Origin: Alphaproteobacteria bacterium
Lineage (GTDB): Bacteria; Pseudomonadota; Alphaproteobacteria; UBA6615
Length of the DNA stretch: 14,955 nt
Assembly: GCA_965261975.1 (NCBI GenBank)
Contig: CBDHEC010000044.1
Coordinates: 1-14,955 of the forward strand
Direction: 5' to 3'
Below are positions 1 to 8,199 of the stretch, one piece after another (the stretch's first letter is position 1; each line of letters opens with the position of its first letter). The notes under the pieces are model-generated. The model saw nothing but the letters and a program-made list of their open reading frames with translations. It made no database searches and was not told where the DNA came from. The position numbers and the translations under genes are program-made.

Positions 1-1138
1 GACCGAGCTTGGGATCGACGATCTTAACCTTTCGGCGCCGATCGGCGGATTGCCCCTGGCCACCTTGCGCATCATCGATCTTGCAAGAGCGCTGGCAATC
101 GAACCCGATGTCCTGCTTCTAGATGAGATAACGGCGGCATTGCCGGCGGATCTCGTCGAGCGTGTCCTTAAGGTTGTTCGCCAGAAGGCGGATGACGGGA
201 TGGGCGTCATCTACGTATCCCACCGTTTCAGCGAGATATCGGAATTGTGCGATCGTGCCTTCGTTTTGCGCGACGGACGAACCATGGGCGACCTAAGCAT
301 CGAACCGGGCGTGGAGGAGCGCGCGGTGGAACTCATGCTGGGCCAAAAATTGGACCTCGGCGAGCGCAAGAATTTTGACGCGCGACGTGACCATGCCGGC
401 GTCCCGCGTGTACGGGTCAGGGGGTTGGCGATCGCCCCGAAGGTCGCGGATCTGACGCTGGACATTCACGAGGGCGAAGTGCTCGGGGTGGTGGCGCTTG
501 AAGGGCAGGGGCAAGACGAGTTGTTCGATTGCCTGGCCGGGTTCACATCGCCCACCGCCGGCGCAATCGAAATCAATGGTAGACCGACCAGTTTCAAACA
601 TCCGGCCGATGCTATTGCCGCCGGTCTGACCTTCGTGCCCGGCGATCGCGCCGATGCACTTTTGGCGCAACGGTCAGTGAGAGAGAACATCGCGCTGCCA
701 TTCTCCGCGCGCATCCGCTCCTGGGGCACCCTTAAGCTGCGCCACGAGCGCAACAGAGTCGGCTACGCGATCGAAAAGCTGCAGATCGATACGCGCGCGC
801 AAGGAGAGGTGCAGAGACTTTCCGGCGGCAACCAGCAGAAGGTGACGATAGGCCGGTGGCTCGCTACCAACGTTCAGACGCTTCTGCTCTTCGATCCCAC
901 CCGTGGCATCGATATCCGGACAAAGCGGCAGATCTATCCGCTGGTGCGCGAACTCGCCGACGACGGGGCCTCTGTCCTTTATTACACGTCGGAGCTTGAG
1001 GAAGTTCCCCTGGTTTGCGATCGCGTTGTCGTCATTTTCAAAGGCCGCGTCGTCAATATCATTGATGCCGAAGATGCCGACGAGCAAACGCTCATGCGGG
1101 CCGCCTACGGGCTGGTGGCCGAGAAGGGTGCAGCGTGA
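1..1138 (+). CDS. Sugar ABC transporter ATP-binding protein, CUT2 (RbsA/MglA-like) with tandem NBDs; 5'-truncated by window edge
   Basis: Frame is open from position 2 (TELGIDDLNLSAPIGGLPLA...). First NBD has Walker B LLLDE and H-loop YVSH. Second NBD has degenerate Walker A (VALEGQGQDE), LSGGNQQKV signature, LLLFDPTRGID and TSELEE. The stop overlaps the next GTG (GTGA). Confidence 0.95.
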   Translation, partial: TELGIDDLNLSAPIGGLPLATLRIIDLARALAIEPDVLLLDEITAALPADLVERVLKVVRQKADDGMGVIYVSHRFSEISELCDRAFVLRDGRTMGDLSIEPGVEERAVELMLGQKLDLGERKNFDARRDHAGVPRVRVRGLAIAPKVADLTLDIHEGEVLGVVALEGQGQDELFDCLAGFTSPTAGAIEINGRPTSFKHPADAIAAGLTFVPGDRADALLAQRSVRENIALPFSARIRSWGTLKLRHERNRVGYAIEKLQIDTRAQGEVQRLSGGNQQKVTIGRWLATNVQTLLLFDPTRGIDIRTKRQIYPLVRELADDGASVLYYTSELEEVPLVCDRVVVIFKGRVVNIIDAEDADEQTLMRAAYGLVAEKGAA

Positions 1139-2076
1139 GCGAGATCGTTCGAAAGAACGCCTGGGTCATTGGGCTTGCCGCGCTCTTGTTGTTGCTTCTC
1201 GCCATCACGAGGGTGATCCAGCCGACATTCGGAGCCTCGGGGCTGGAGAGCATTGCCCGGGCCGGGCTGCCCTTCGCGTTCGCCACGGCGGGAATGGCTG
1301 TGGTGGTGATTGTAGGCGGCATCGACCTGTCGGTCGCATCGATGATGGCGATTTGCGCCGTCACCGCTGCGGTCCTGATGGAGCATATGGCAGGACCTCC
1401 CGCCTTTCTCATCGTCTTGGCCGTCGGATTGGGCATGGGACTGATCAATGGCGGCCTAATCGTCCTGACCCGGGTGCCCGACATCGTGGTTACGCTGGCG
1501 ATGCTCTTTGTCTGGGAAGGTGTGGCCCTCTTAATTCTGGAAACGCCGGGCGGCTCGGCGGCGGACTGGCTTCAGCAGAGCATTCGCCGCAACTTCCTCG
1601 TTCCGGGCTTGCCCAATGCGCTTGTTATCCTCGTTATCGTTATTGCCCTTGTTTGGCTTCCAATTCGGCGATCCAAGCTGGGGCTTTCCATCTACGCGGT
1701 CGGGTCCGACGAGCGTGCCGCATTCCGATCGGGGGTGGCCGTCGGGCGAACCAAGATAGCCGCTTACGGAATTTGCGGTCTGTTCTGTGCGTTCGGAGGA
1801 TTGAGCCTTGCGGCGTTGACGGGGATCGGTGAGCCGGTCCCAGGTCCTTACTTGCTGGCATCCGTTGCTGCGGTCGTGCTTGGTGGCGTCGTATTAGGTG
1901 GCGGGCGCGGCGGATTGCTGGGGCCGATCATCGCCGTGTTCATTTTGCGGATCGTTCGAACGATCTTGACGCTGCTGGCTGTAGATCCAAACGTCACCAC
2001 CATCATTGAAGGCACCATCATGGTCGGTGTCGTGATGTTGGGCACTGCCCTTACCTTGCGGTCCGCACGACGATGA
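1135..2076 (+). CDS. Sugar ABC transporter permease (RbsC/BPD_transp_2 family)
   Basis: 313 aa, highly hydrophobic. GGIDLSV, IVVTLAM, GLSIYAVGSDERAAFRSGV and AAVVLGG motifs. Coupled to both neighbours by 4-nt overlaps. Confidence 0.95.
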   Translation: MSEIVRKNAWVIGLAALLLLLLAITRVIQPTFGASGLESIARAGLPFAFATAGMAVVVIVGGIDLSVASMMAICAVTAAVLMEHMAGPPAFLIVLAVGLGMGLINGGLIVLTRVPDIVVTLAMLFVWEGVALLILETPGGSAADWLQQSIRRNFLVPGLPNALVILVIVIALVWLPIRRSKLGLSIYAVGSDERAAFRSGVAVGRTKIAAYGICGLFCAFGGLSLAALTGIGEPVPGPYLLASVAAVVLGGVVLGGGRGGLLGPIIAVFILRIVRTILTLLAVDPNVTTIIEGTIMVGVVMLGTALTLRSARR

Positions 2077-3080
2077 ACATTGATGAAGCCGATCCGCCGA
2101 TGGTCCGCTTCGGGCGTTTTCTGCGCGGTAATCCGGTCATTCCGCTGCTCGTGTTCCTCTTTTTGTTGATTGCCGTGTTGGAGCTTATGCGGCCGGGAAT
2201 TGTCACGCCGATCCGGGCCGGGCGGGACGGCCTCATATCTGCGTTCTGGGTCGGAAATCTCATCAAGTTCGCGATCCCCCTGGCGATGCTGGCGGCTTGC
2301 CAAGTCCTGACGATGTTGACTGCGGGAATCGACTTGTCCGCCGGGGTCGTCGCGACGGTTGCAGCGTTTGTCTGCGCGACCCTTAGTTCGGTCTGGGGTG
2401 TCGCTCCGGCCGTCATAATCGCTCTATCCATTGGATTGCTCATCGGGGTGGTCAATGGCGTGGGCGTGGGGCTCGTTCGGGTTCATCCCCTTATCATGAC
2501 GCTCGGTACCGGGCTGATTGCCACGGGATGTCTTCAGGTCTACCAGCGGCTTTTCATCAATGCGGGCTCAGAGATCCCGGAATTTCTCTCCTGGCTGGGT
2601 ACTGGCCGAACCCTCTCGATGCCAAATGGGCTCTATTTGTTCATCCCGTTCGCGATCTTCATCTTCTGGCTGATGCGTTTCACCGGGCTTGGCAGGTTGC
2701 TGTTCGCGCTCGGCTCGAACGAACATGCAGCCAAGCTTTCAGGCGTGAGAGCGTGGCAAGTTTATTTGGCGCTATATGCCCTTTCCGGACTGATCGCCGC
2801 GCTGGCCGGTCTCCTGTATCTAGGCATGATCCGCCAAACTTCGTTGAGCCTTGCCAACCCCCTGCTGTTGCCCTCCGTCGCCGCCGCGGTTATTGGCGGC
2901 ACGTCGATATTCGGTGGGCGAGGCAGCTTTGCCGGCGCAATTGTCGGGGCGCTGATCATCCGCGTCCTAGACACGATGTTGACGCTACTTCAGATGCCGG
3001 AAGGCGCCAGGACCGCGCTGTTCGGTGCGATCATTCTCGCCGTCGCTGCCATGTATGTAAGGATCATTGGGACCAGATAG
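2073..3080 (+). CDS. Second sugar ABC transporter permease (RbsC/BPD_transp_2 family)
   Basis: 335 aa. AGIDLS, PLIMTLG, GRLLFALGSNEHAAKLSGV and AAAVIGGTSIFGGRGS motifs. ATGA overlap with the upstream permease. Confidence 0.95.
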   Translation: MNIDEADPPMVRFGRFLRGNPVIPLLVFLFLLIAVLELMRPGIVTPIRAGRDGLISAFWVGNLIKFAIPLAMLAACQVLTMLTAGIDLSAGVVATVAAFVCATLSSVWGVAPAVIIALSIGLLIGVVNGVGVGLVRVHPLIMTLGTGLIATGCLQVYQRLFINAGSEIPEFLSWLGTGRTLSMPNGLYLFIPFAIFIFWLMRFTGLGRLLFALGSNEHAAKLSGVRAWQVYLALYALSGLIAALAGLLYLGMIRQTSLSLANPLLLPSVAAAVIGGTSIFGGRGSFAGAIVGALIIRVLDTMLTLLQMPEGARTALFGAIILAVAAMYVRIIGTR

Positions 3081-3151
3081 AGGGTTCGGGCATTGTCGCG
3101 CCTGGAGGGCCAGCCAGGCGATTGCCGCTGCGTGACAGGAAGTAACGACGT

Positions 3152-4237
3152 ATGGATGTGATACTGAAACCAGACCCCGATATACGGGCGAAGTCGTTCA
3201 AGATCGGGTGTATCGGCGCCGGCATGATTATGGCCGAATGCCATCTGGCGGCATATGCCGAGGCGGGGTTTCCGGTGGCGGCCATAGCCTCGCGCACGCA
3301 GTCAAGGGCGGAGGAGGTGGCAACGCGCTGGTCGATCCCCAAGGTGCATCCCGATCCGGCGGCGCTGATTGCCGATCGCGACGTAGAAATCCTCGACATC
3401 GCATATCCGCCGGACCAGCAACCGGCGCTGATCCGCGCGGCCCTGAAGGCACCGCACATCAAGGCAATCCTGGCGCAAAAGCCGCTCGCGCTGAGCCATG
3501 AAGAAGCGCGTGCCCTTCGGGACGAGGCGGCCGCAGCCGGAAAGCCTTTGTCGGTCAATCAGAACATGCGTTTCGACCAGTCGATGCAGGTGCTCAAGCA
3601 ACTGCTGGACGAGGGCGTTCTGGGCGAGCCGGTGTTCGCGCAGATCGATATGCATGCGATCCCGCACTGGCAGGGTTTTCTGGAGGACTATGACCGGTTG
3701 ACCCTGTCGAATATGAGCGTGCATCACCTTGACGTGCTGAGGTTCCTGTTCGGTGATCCCGACGAGGTCACGAGCCTGGCGCGCACCGACCCGCGTACGG
3801 CATTCGATCACTCCGACGGTATCGTCGTGACCACCTTGCGCTTTCCGTCGGGCTTGATGGCGCTGTCGCTGGAAGATGTCTGGTCGGGCCCGCGTGAGGA
3901 GGGCTATCCGGACGACCAGCATATAGGTTGGCGCGTGGAAGGCACGAAGGGCGTTGCCAAGGGCACCATTGGCTGGCCCACTGGCGTTGCCTCAACCCTT
4001 AGCTATGCGAGCACATCGCACACAGCAGGCAAGTGGGTCACGCCGCACTGGGAAACGATGTGGTTTCCCCATGCCTTCATCGGCGTAATGGAACAGTTAC
4101 AATTCGCGCTGCAGACGGGTTCGGCTCCCGTACTGAATGTCGCCGACAATGTCCGGACCATGGCGCTGGTCGAGGCCGCCTACGCCTCGATTGCCGAGGG
4201 ACGCACGGTGAACTTCAAGGATTTCTTGGAAAATTGA
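3152..4237 (+). CDS. Gfo/Idh/MocA-family NAD(P)-dependent oxidoreductase (sugar dehydrogenase)
   Basis: 361 aa. N-terminal Rossmann IGCIGAGMI, AQKP (variant of the EKP motif), VNQNMRF, HHLD catalytic region, C-terminal EAAYAS...GRTV. Confidence 0.93.
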   Translation: MDVILKPDPDIRAKSFKIGCIGAGMIMAECHLAAYAEAGFPVAAIASRTQSRAEEVATRWSIPKVHPDPAALIADRDVEILDIAYPPDQQPALIRAALKAPHIKAILAQKPLALSHEEARALRDEAAAAGKPLSVNQNMRFDQSMQVLKQLLDEGVLGEPVFAQIDMHAIPHWQGFLEDYDRLTLSNMSVHHLDVLRFLFGDPDEVTSLARTDPRTAFDHSDGIVVTTLRFPSGLMALSLEDVWSGPREEGYPDDQHIGWRVEGTKGVAKGTIGWPTGVASTLSYASTSHTAGKWVTPHWETMWFPHAFIGVMEQLQFALQTGSAPVLNVADNVRTMALVEAAYASIAEGRTVNFKDFLEN

Positions 4238-4256
4238 AGCTAGGGAAGATAAGGCC

Positions 4257-5171
4257 ATGATGCAGACCGGAATCTTTACGGGGTATTTTCCCTATTCGCT
4301 GGGCGAGACCGCGAAGGTCATACGCGGGCACGGTTTCAATACCGTGCAACTCGACATGGCCTTCAAGGACATGGATTTGTCCCTCGGGCAGATCACCAAG
4401 GAGAAATGCTTCAAGATCCGCGAGACCTTCCGCGACCATAACCTGCCCATCTGCTGCATTTCGGGCTACACCAACATCGTGCATCCGGACGCCGGCGAGC
4501 GGGCCAAACGCAATGGCCTGCTGAAGGAGATCATCGCGCATGCGCAGTATCTGGGCAGCCCTTACGTGATCTCAGAAACCGGCACCTTCAACACGGAAAG
4601 TGATTGGGTCCACCACCCGAAGAATAAGACCAAGGAAGGGTGGGATGATTGCCGTACGGTGATCGCCGATCTCGCGCAGCATGCCCACGACCACGGCGCG
4701 ATCTTCCTACTTGAGACCTACGTCAACAATGTCGTGGGTTCCGTGGAGGAGACCCTGCGCATGTTCGCCGAGGTCGACCATCCGGGCCTGGGCCTGCTCA
4801 TGGACCCGACCAACTATTTCGAAGCCCACAACATCGACAGGATGGATGAGACCCTGAACTATGTCTTCGATGCGCTGTCCGACAAGATTTGCATCGGCCA
4901 TGCCAAGGACGTGATGCGCTCCGGCGACGACAAGTCCGAAAAACACAGCGATATCGGAAATGAGGACGCTTCCGAAGGCCTTACATTCCGGGGCGTGGGC
5001 GAGATCGAGCTGCCGGCCCCGGGCCTGGGTGAGCTGAACTACGATCTCTACTTCCAGCGGCTGGCCAAGAAGCATCCCAACATCCCAATGATCATCGAAC
5101 ATCTGGATGAGTCGGATGTGCCGAGGGCCAAAGCCTTCATCGACGGCAAGCTTCGCGCGAACGGTCTGTAA
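4257..5171 (+). CDS. Sugar-phosphate isomerase/epimerase family protein (AP endonuclease 2 / xylose-isomerase-like TIM barrel)
   Basis: 304 aa. Metal-binding residues in the canonical order: LLET (E), LMDPTN (D), GHAKD (H), IIEH (E). Also PGLGELNY. Confidence 0.9.
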   Translation: MMQTGIFTGYFPYSLGETAKVIRGHGFNTVQLDMAFKDMDLSLGQITKEKCFKIRETFRDHNLPICCISGYTNIVHPDAGERAKRNGLLKEIIAHAQYLGSPYVISETGTFNTESDWVHHPKNKTKEGWDDCRTVIADLAQHAHDHGAIFLLETYVNNVVGSVEETLRMFAEVDHPGLGLLMDPTNYFEAHNIDRMDETLNYVFDALSDKICIGHAKDVMRSGDDKSEKHSDIGNEDASEGLTFRGVGEIELPAPGLGELNYDLYFQRLAKKHPNIPMIIEHLDESDVPRAKAFIDGKLRANGL

Positions 5172-5271
5172 GATCGGATATAACGGTCGTCGCAACGGCT
5201 TGCGTCTGCCTGCCTGGCGCCAAATCGGAGAGACGATTCCGGCCACGTAAGGGTCGGCACATGGAGAGGTT

Positions 5272-6450
5272 ATGGTCAAACTCTACGGAAAAGAGATGAC
5301 ACGTGCCGAAGTCGAAGCTGCAAGCGGCTCGCTAGGCCATGCGGCCGGCGTGCGGCTCATGACCTTGGATGACGGGGTGGAGCGCGGCATCCGGCTGCTG
5401 GAGTTTCGTTCGGGTACCGGCTTGCGGTTCACGGTTCTGGTCGACCGTGCCATGGACATCGCCGATTGCGATTATCGCGGGCAGGGCATCGGCTGGCACT
5501 CGCCGGCGGGTTTCCGTCATCCCGGCCTGCACGATTACGAAGGCGAGGGTGGGCTCGCTTGGCTGCGCTCCTTCTCCGGCCTGCTGGTGACCTGCGGCCT
5601 TGACCACACCCTGTTTATGTATGATGCACCGGCGGACAATTATGTCTACACGCCAAGGCAGAGCGTGTCGCATTCCATCCACGGGAGGATCGCGACCATT
5701 CCAGCACGCCTGACGGGGTACGGAGAGCGCTGGGACGGCGATGCCTGCACCTTATGGGCGGAAGGTGTGATCACTCAGGGCACCGTCTTCGGCGAACATC
5801 TCGAATTGCATCGGCGCATCGAGATCGAAGTTGGCAGCAATGACATCCGCCTCGCCGACCGCGTCGTCAATCGCGGCTTTTACCGGACGCCGCACATGCT
5901 CTGTTACCACATCAATGTCGGCCATCCGGTTTTGGAGGAAGGCGCTCGGTACCTCGCGCCAATTTCGGACGTCGTTTGGGCCGCCCATGCGGACAGCTAT
6001 CGGGATCAGGGGGTGGGGTACCAGACCTTGTCCGGTCCTCAGTTGGATTTTCACGAGCAGGTCTGGCAGCACGAAATGGCGTCAGACGAAAAGGGCGAGG
6101 TGCCGGTCGCACTGGTAAACGACCGGCTTGGTCTCGGCTTGATGGTGGTCACCTGCAAAGACCAGTTCCCCTGCCAATACGAATGGCAGAATCTGCAGGC
6201 CGGCCAGTACGCGCTGGGCATCGAACCCTCCACGAACCATGTCCTTGGGCACGGTGCCGCGCGCGAGCGCGGGGAACTGATCTGGCTCACCCACGGGCAG
6301 GACAAGACCTATGACGCGGTCTTTTCGGTGCTGACCAACCAGCAGGCCATCTCGGCTGCGGAGGCAAGGATTGCCGGCATGGCGCAACAGCCGGAAGAAG
6401 ATTATCCCCAACCGTCTGGAGAATTCAGGCCGATCGAAGGGCGGGCATGA
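5272..6450 (+). CDS. Aldose 1-epimerase/galactose-mutarotase-like protein (DUF4432 type)
   Basis: 392 aa. GGAGAGG RBS. Motifs GLRFTVLVDRAMDI, GLLVTCGLD, SIHGRI, CYHINVG and LGIEP (the His/His/Glu pattern of the mutarotase fold). Confidence 0.88.
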   Translation: MVKLYGKEMTRAEVEAASGSLGHAAGVRLMTLDDGVERGIRLLEFRSGTGLRFTVLVDRAMDIADCDYRGQGIGWHSPAGFRHPGLHDYEGEGGLAWLRSFSGLLVTCGLDHTLFMYDAPADNYVYTPRQSVSHSIHGRIATIPARLTGYGERWDGDACTLWAEGVITQGTVFGEHLELHRRIEIEVGSNDIRLADRVVNRGFYRTPHMLCYHINVGHPVLEEGARYLAPISDVVWAAHADSYRDQGVGYQTLSGPQLDFHEQVWQHEMASDEKGEVPVALVNDRLGLGLMVVTCKDQFPCQYEWQNLQAGQYALGIEPSTNHVLGHGAARERGELIWLTHGQDKTYDAVFSVLTNQQAISAAEARIAGMAQQPEEDYPQPSGEFRPIEGRA

Positions 6451-6461
6451 CAGAGACGATT
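6447..6461 (+). pseudogene. 5' stub of a translationally coupled gene (MTETI...) interrupted by the IS6 element
   Basis: ATGA overlap with the stop of the upstream CDS and GAAGG upstream. The IS left IR starts exactly at codon 6. No recognisable continuation after the right IR. Confidence 0.5.
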
Positions 6462-7266
6462 GGCATTGTCACACGAACGGGGCTGGGTCGCAGAACTCCC
6501 CGAGAGCCAGTCGGAAGTCATCCAGCCACGGCAGCTGCCCTCCAGTTTTTCATGGCTTCAGCTCTGTGGATACGCAATGTCCGGCGGGTGATCAAATGTC
6601 GCTGACAGTTGAAGATGTTGTACACGGCGGAATGCATGGAGACGAACAGCTGAGCCGAGCCGTGCGATTTGAACCGCTGCATCTTTCGTTCACGCCGGCG
6701 GTCCGGTTGATGCGAGACTTCAGCCCGGTTGTTCTTCCTCAGACCCCGCTGGTGGCGCGCTAAAAGGCCTAAATCGCTGAACGCTGCTCCATAGGAGCGC
6801 AGGTTGTCGGTCGTGATCATGCAGGGCGCAAAGCCCTGCCTCTTCAGCGGAGAGCGCATCAACTTGCCTGCCGCCACCCGGTACCGCCGACGCCGGACGA
6901 GGATCTCAAGCACCTCGCCTTCGTCGTCTCCGGCTCGCCAAAGATAGAGTTACTTTCCGGAGATCTGGATGACCATCTCGTCGAGATGCCCGGGCGAACG
7001 TGGCTTGTGCCAAAGCCGTCGCAATCGGCGTGCAATCTGGGGGCCGAATTTCGACACCCGCCGGCAAACCGTGTCATAGCTGACGTCAACACTACGCTCG
7101 GCCAACAGATCCTCGACATCGCGATAGCTCAACCTGAACCGAAGATACAGCCAAACGGCATGCTAGATGATGATAGGAGGGACCTGATGGTGCGTGTAGG
7201 ACGTGGAAGGCATCGGCCAAGTCTATCAGCCATGTCGCCATTTGGCGCGGTTCCTGTGACAATGTC
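6462..7266 (-). mobile_element. IS6-family insertion sequence, 805 bp, degenerate
   Basis: Terminal IRs: GGCATTGTCACACGAACGGGGC (6462-6483) versus the reverse complement of 7245-7266, GACATTGTCACAGGAACCGCGC (18/22 identical). They enclose an IS6-type transposase. Size is typical of IS6. The flanks (agacgatt / atcggcac) are not a direct repeat. Confidence 0.9.
6518..7213 (-). pseudogene. IS6-family DDE transposase pseudogene (about 231 codons, two in-frame stops)
   Basis: One frame from ATG 7213 reads MPSTSYTHHQVPPIII*HAVWLYLRFRLSYRDVEDLLAER...HLDEMVIQISGK*LYLWRA.DDEGEVL...ITTDNLRSY...NNRAEVSHQP.RRRERKMQRFKS. Stops are TAG at 7165-7163 and TAA at 6952-6950. Confidence 0.93.
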
Positions 7267-7399
7267 ATCGGCACCCTTCTCGAGACATTGCCGTATTCCC
7301 ACAGAGTGGCTTCGATTTGGACACTCGGGAGGTCGCTCATGGGATCGTCATTTTGTCCCTCGACACGAATCGGCTTTGAAATGGGCGTGAGATTAGTCA

Positions 7400-7426
7400 G
7401 TATACAATAGTTTTCCTATTGTCGAC
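7400..7426. promoter_or_regulatory. Putative GntR-family operator (dyad) upstream of the hydrolase/Dpp operon
   Basis: GTATACAATAG-ttttc-CTATTGTCGAC has a perfect 7-bp core IR (ACAATAG/CTATTGT) and 9/11 overall. Each arm holds a GT-N2-AC box. It lies in an AT-rich patch about 50 bp upstream of ATG 7474 and overlaps a TACAAT -10-like hexamer. Confidence 0.5.
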
Positions 7427-7473
7427 TTAATGGTCCTCGGCTCGGAATTGCTCACATTCGCGGGGAGAGGCAA

Positions 7474-8170
7474 ATGGTACACGATCCATATTGGGATCTG
7501 GTCGCTGAGCCGGACGCGGTCGATGTAGATCCGTCCCGGACAGCACTTTTGATCGTCGACATGAACAAGCTGTGCGCGCATCCGGACGGTTGGATGGGGC
7601 GGCTGGGCCGTGATCAAGGCAAACCGGACCATCTCAAGGAGCGTTTCGACTTCATCGAGGAAATTACGCCACGCTTGCGCAAACTCCTCTTGCATTGCCG
7701 CGGGCATGGAATCGAGCCATTCCACATCCGCGTGAACTTTCGTACGGTGTCGAACCGCGATAGCGCCGCCGACCTGCGGGCACGTCGAGACCAAGGCATG
7801 CCATACTTGCCGCTCGACGCAGATTTCTTGGAGGCGGTCGCACCCGAGGGCGATGAAATCGTCATCGATAAGACCAGCGTGAGTACGTTCAACTCGACTT
7901 CCATCGACCAGATCCTGCGCAACATGGGTCGCGACCATTTGTGGGTCTGCGGAGTGGTCACTGAGGGTTGCGTTGAGCTAACCGCCCGCGATGCGCGCGA
8001 CCGGAGTTTCCACGTGACGCTCGTCACCGATGCCTGCGCCTCGTCACGCCGTGCTGCGCATGACGATGCTGTTCAACGCATGACCGATGGCAATGTCATT
8101 CGGGGGCCGCACCGTGGACGAATTAATCGCCATGACACCGTCCAAGGAATTCGAACTGGCTGAATCTTAA
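7474..8170 (+). CDS. Isochorismatase-like cysteine hydrolase (amidohydrolase), paralog A; apparent +1 frameshift near the 3' end (as written the ORF ends at 8163)
   Basis: GGGGAGAGG RBS. Asp-Lys-Cys triad at IVD29, IDK133 and TEGC166. Removing one G from the G5 run at 8102-8106 gives the tail IRGRTVDELIAMTPSKEFELAES* (TAA 8168-8170), which fits paralog B (IRVRKAAEIENLI) better. Confidence 0.9.
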
Positions 8171-8199
8171 CGACACCATCAATCCGAGGGGGACTTTCG

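Noticed and set aside
50-520. Degenerate ABC signature (LPLATLR) and Walker A (VALEGQGQDE) in the sugar ATPase
   Set aside because: Degenerate motifs are common in tandem-domain CUT2 ATPases and are not evidence of decay.
903-1832. Long alternative-frame and antisense ORFs (e.g. 903-1832, 8478-9182, 10848-11555, 11052-12155)
   Set aside because: They overlap well-supported genes, show no recognisable motifs, and are expected shadows in high-GC coding DNA.
3089-3097. GGCATTGTC, identical to the first 9 bp of the IS6 IR
   Set aside because: The match does not extend convincingly, has no partner end, and the operon around it is intact.
5229-6461. 10-mer AGAGACGATT at 5229-5238 and at 6452-6461, next to the IS left end
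   Set aside because: Both copies are on the same side of the IS, so this is not a target duplication. One 10-mer repeat is compatible with chance.
7376-7408. TTGAAA...TACAAT as a sigma70 promoter
   Set aside because: The spacing is 21 bp, too long to call with confidence.
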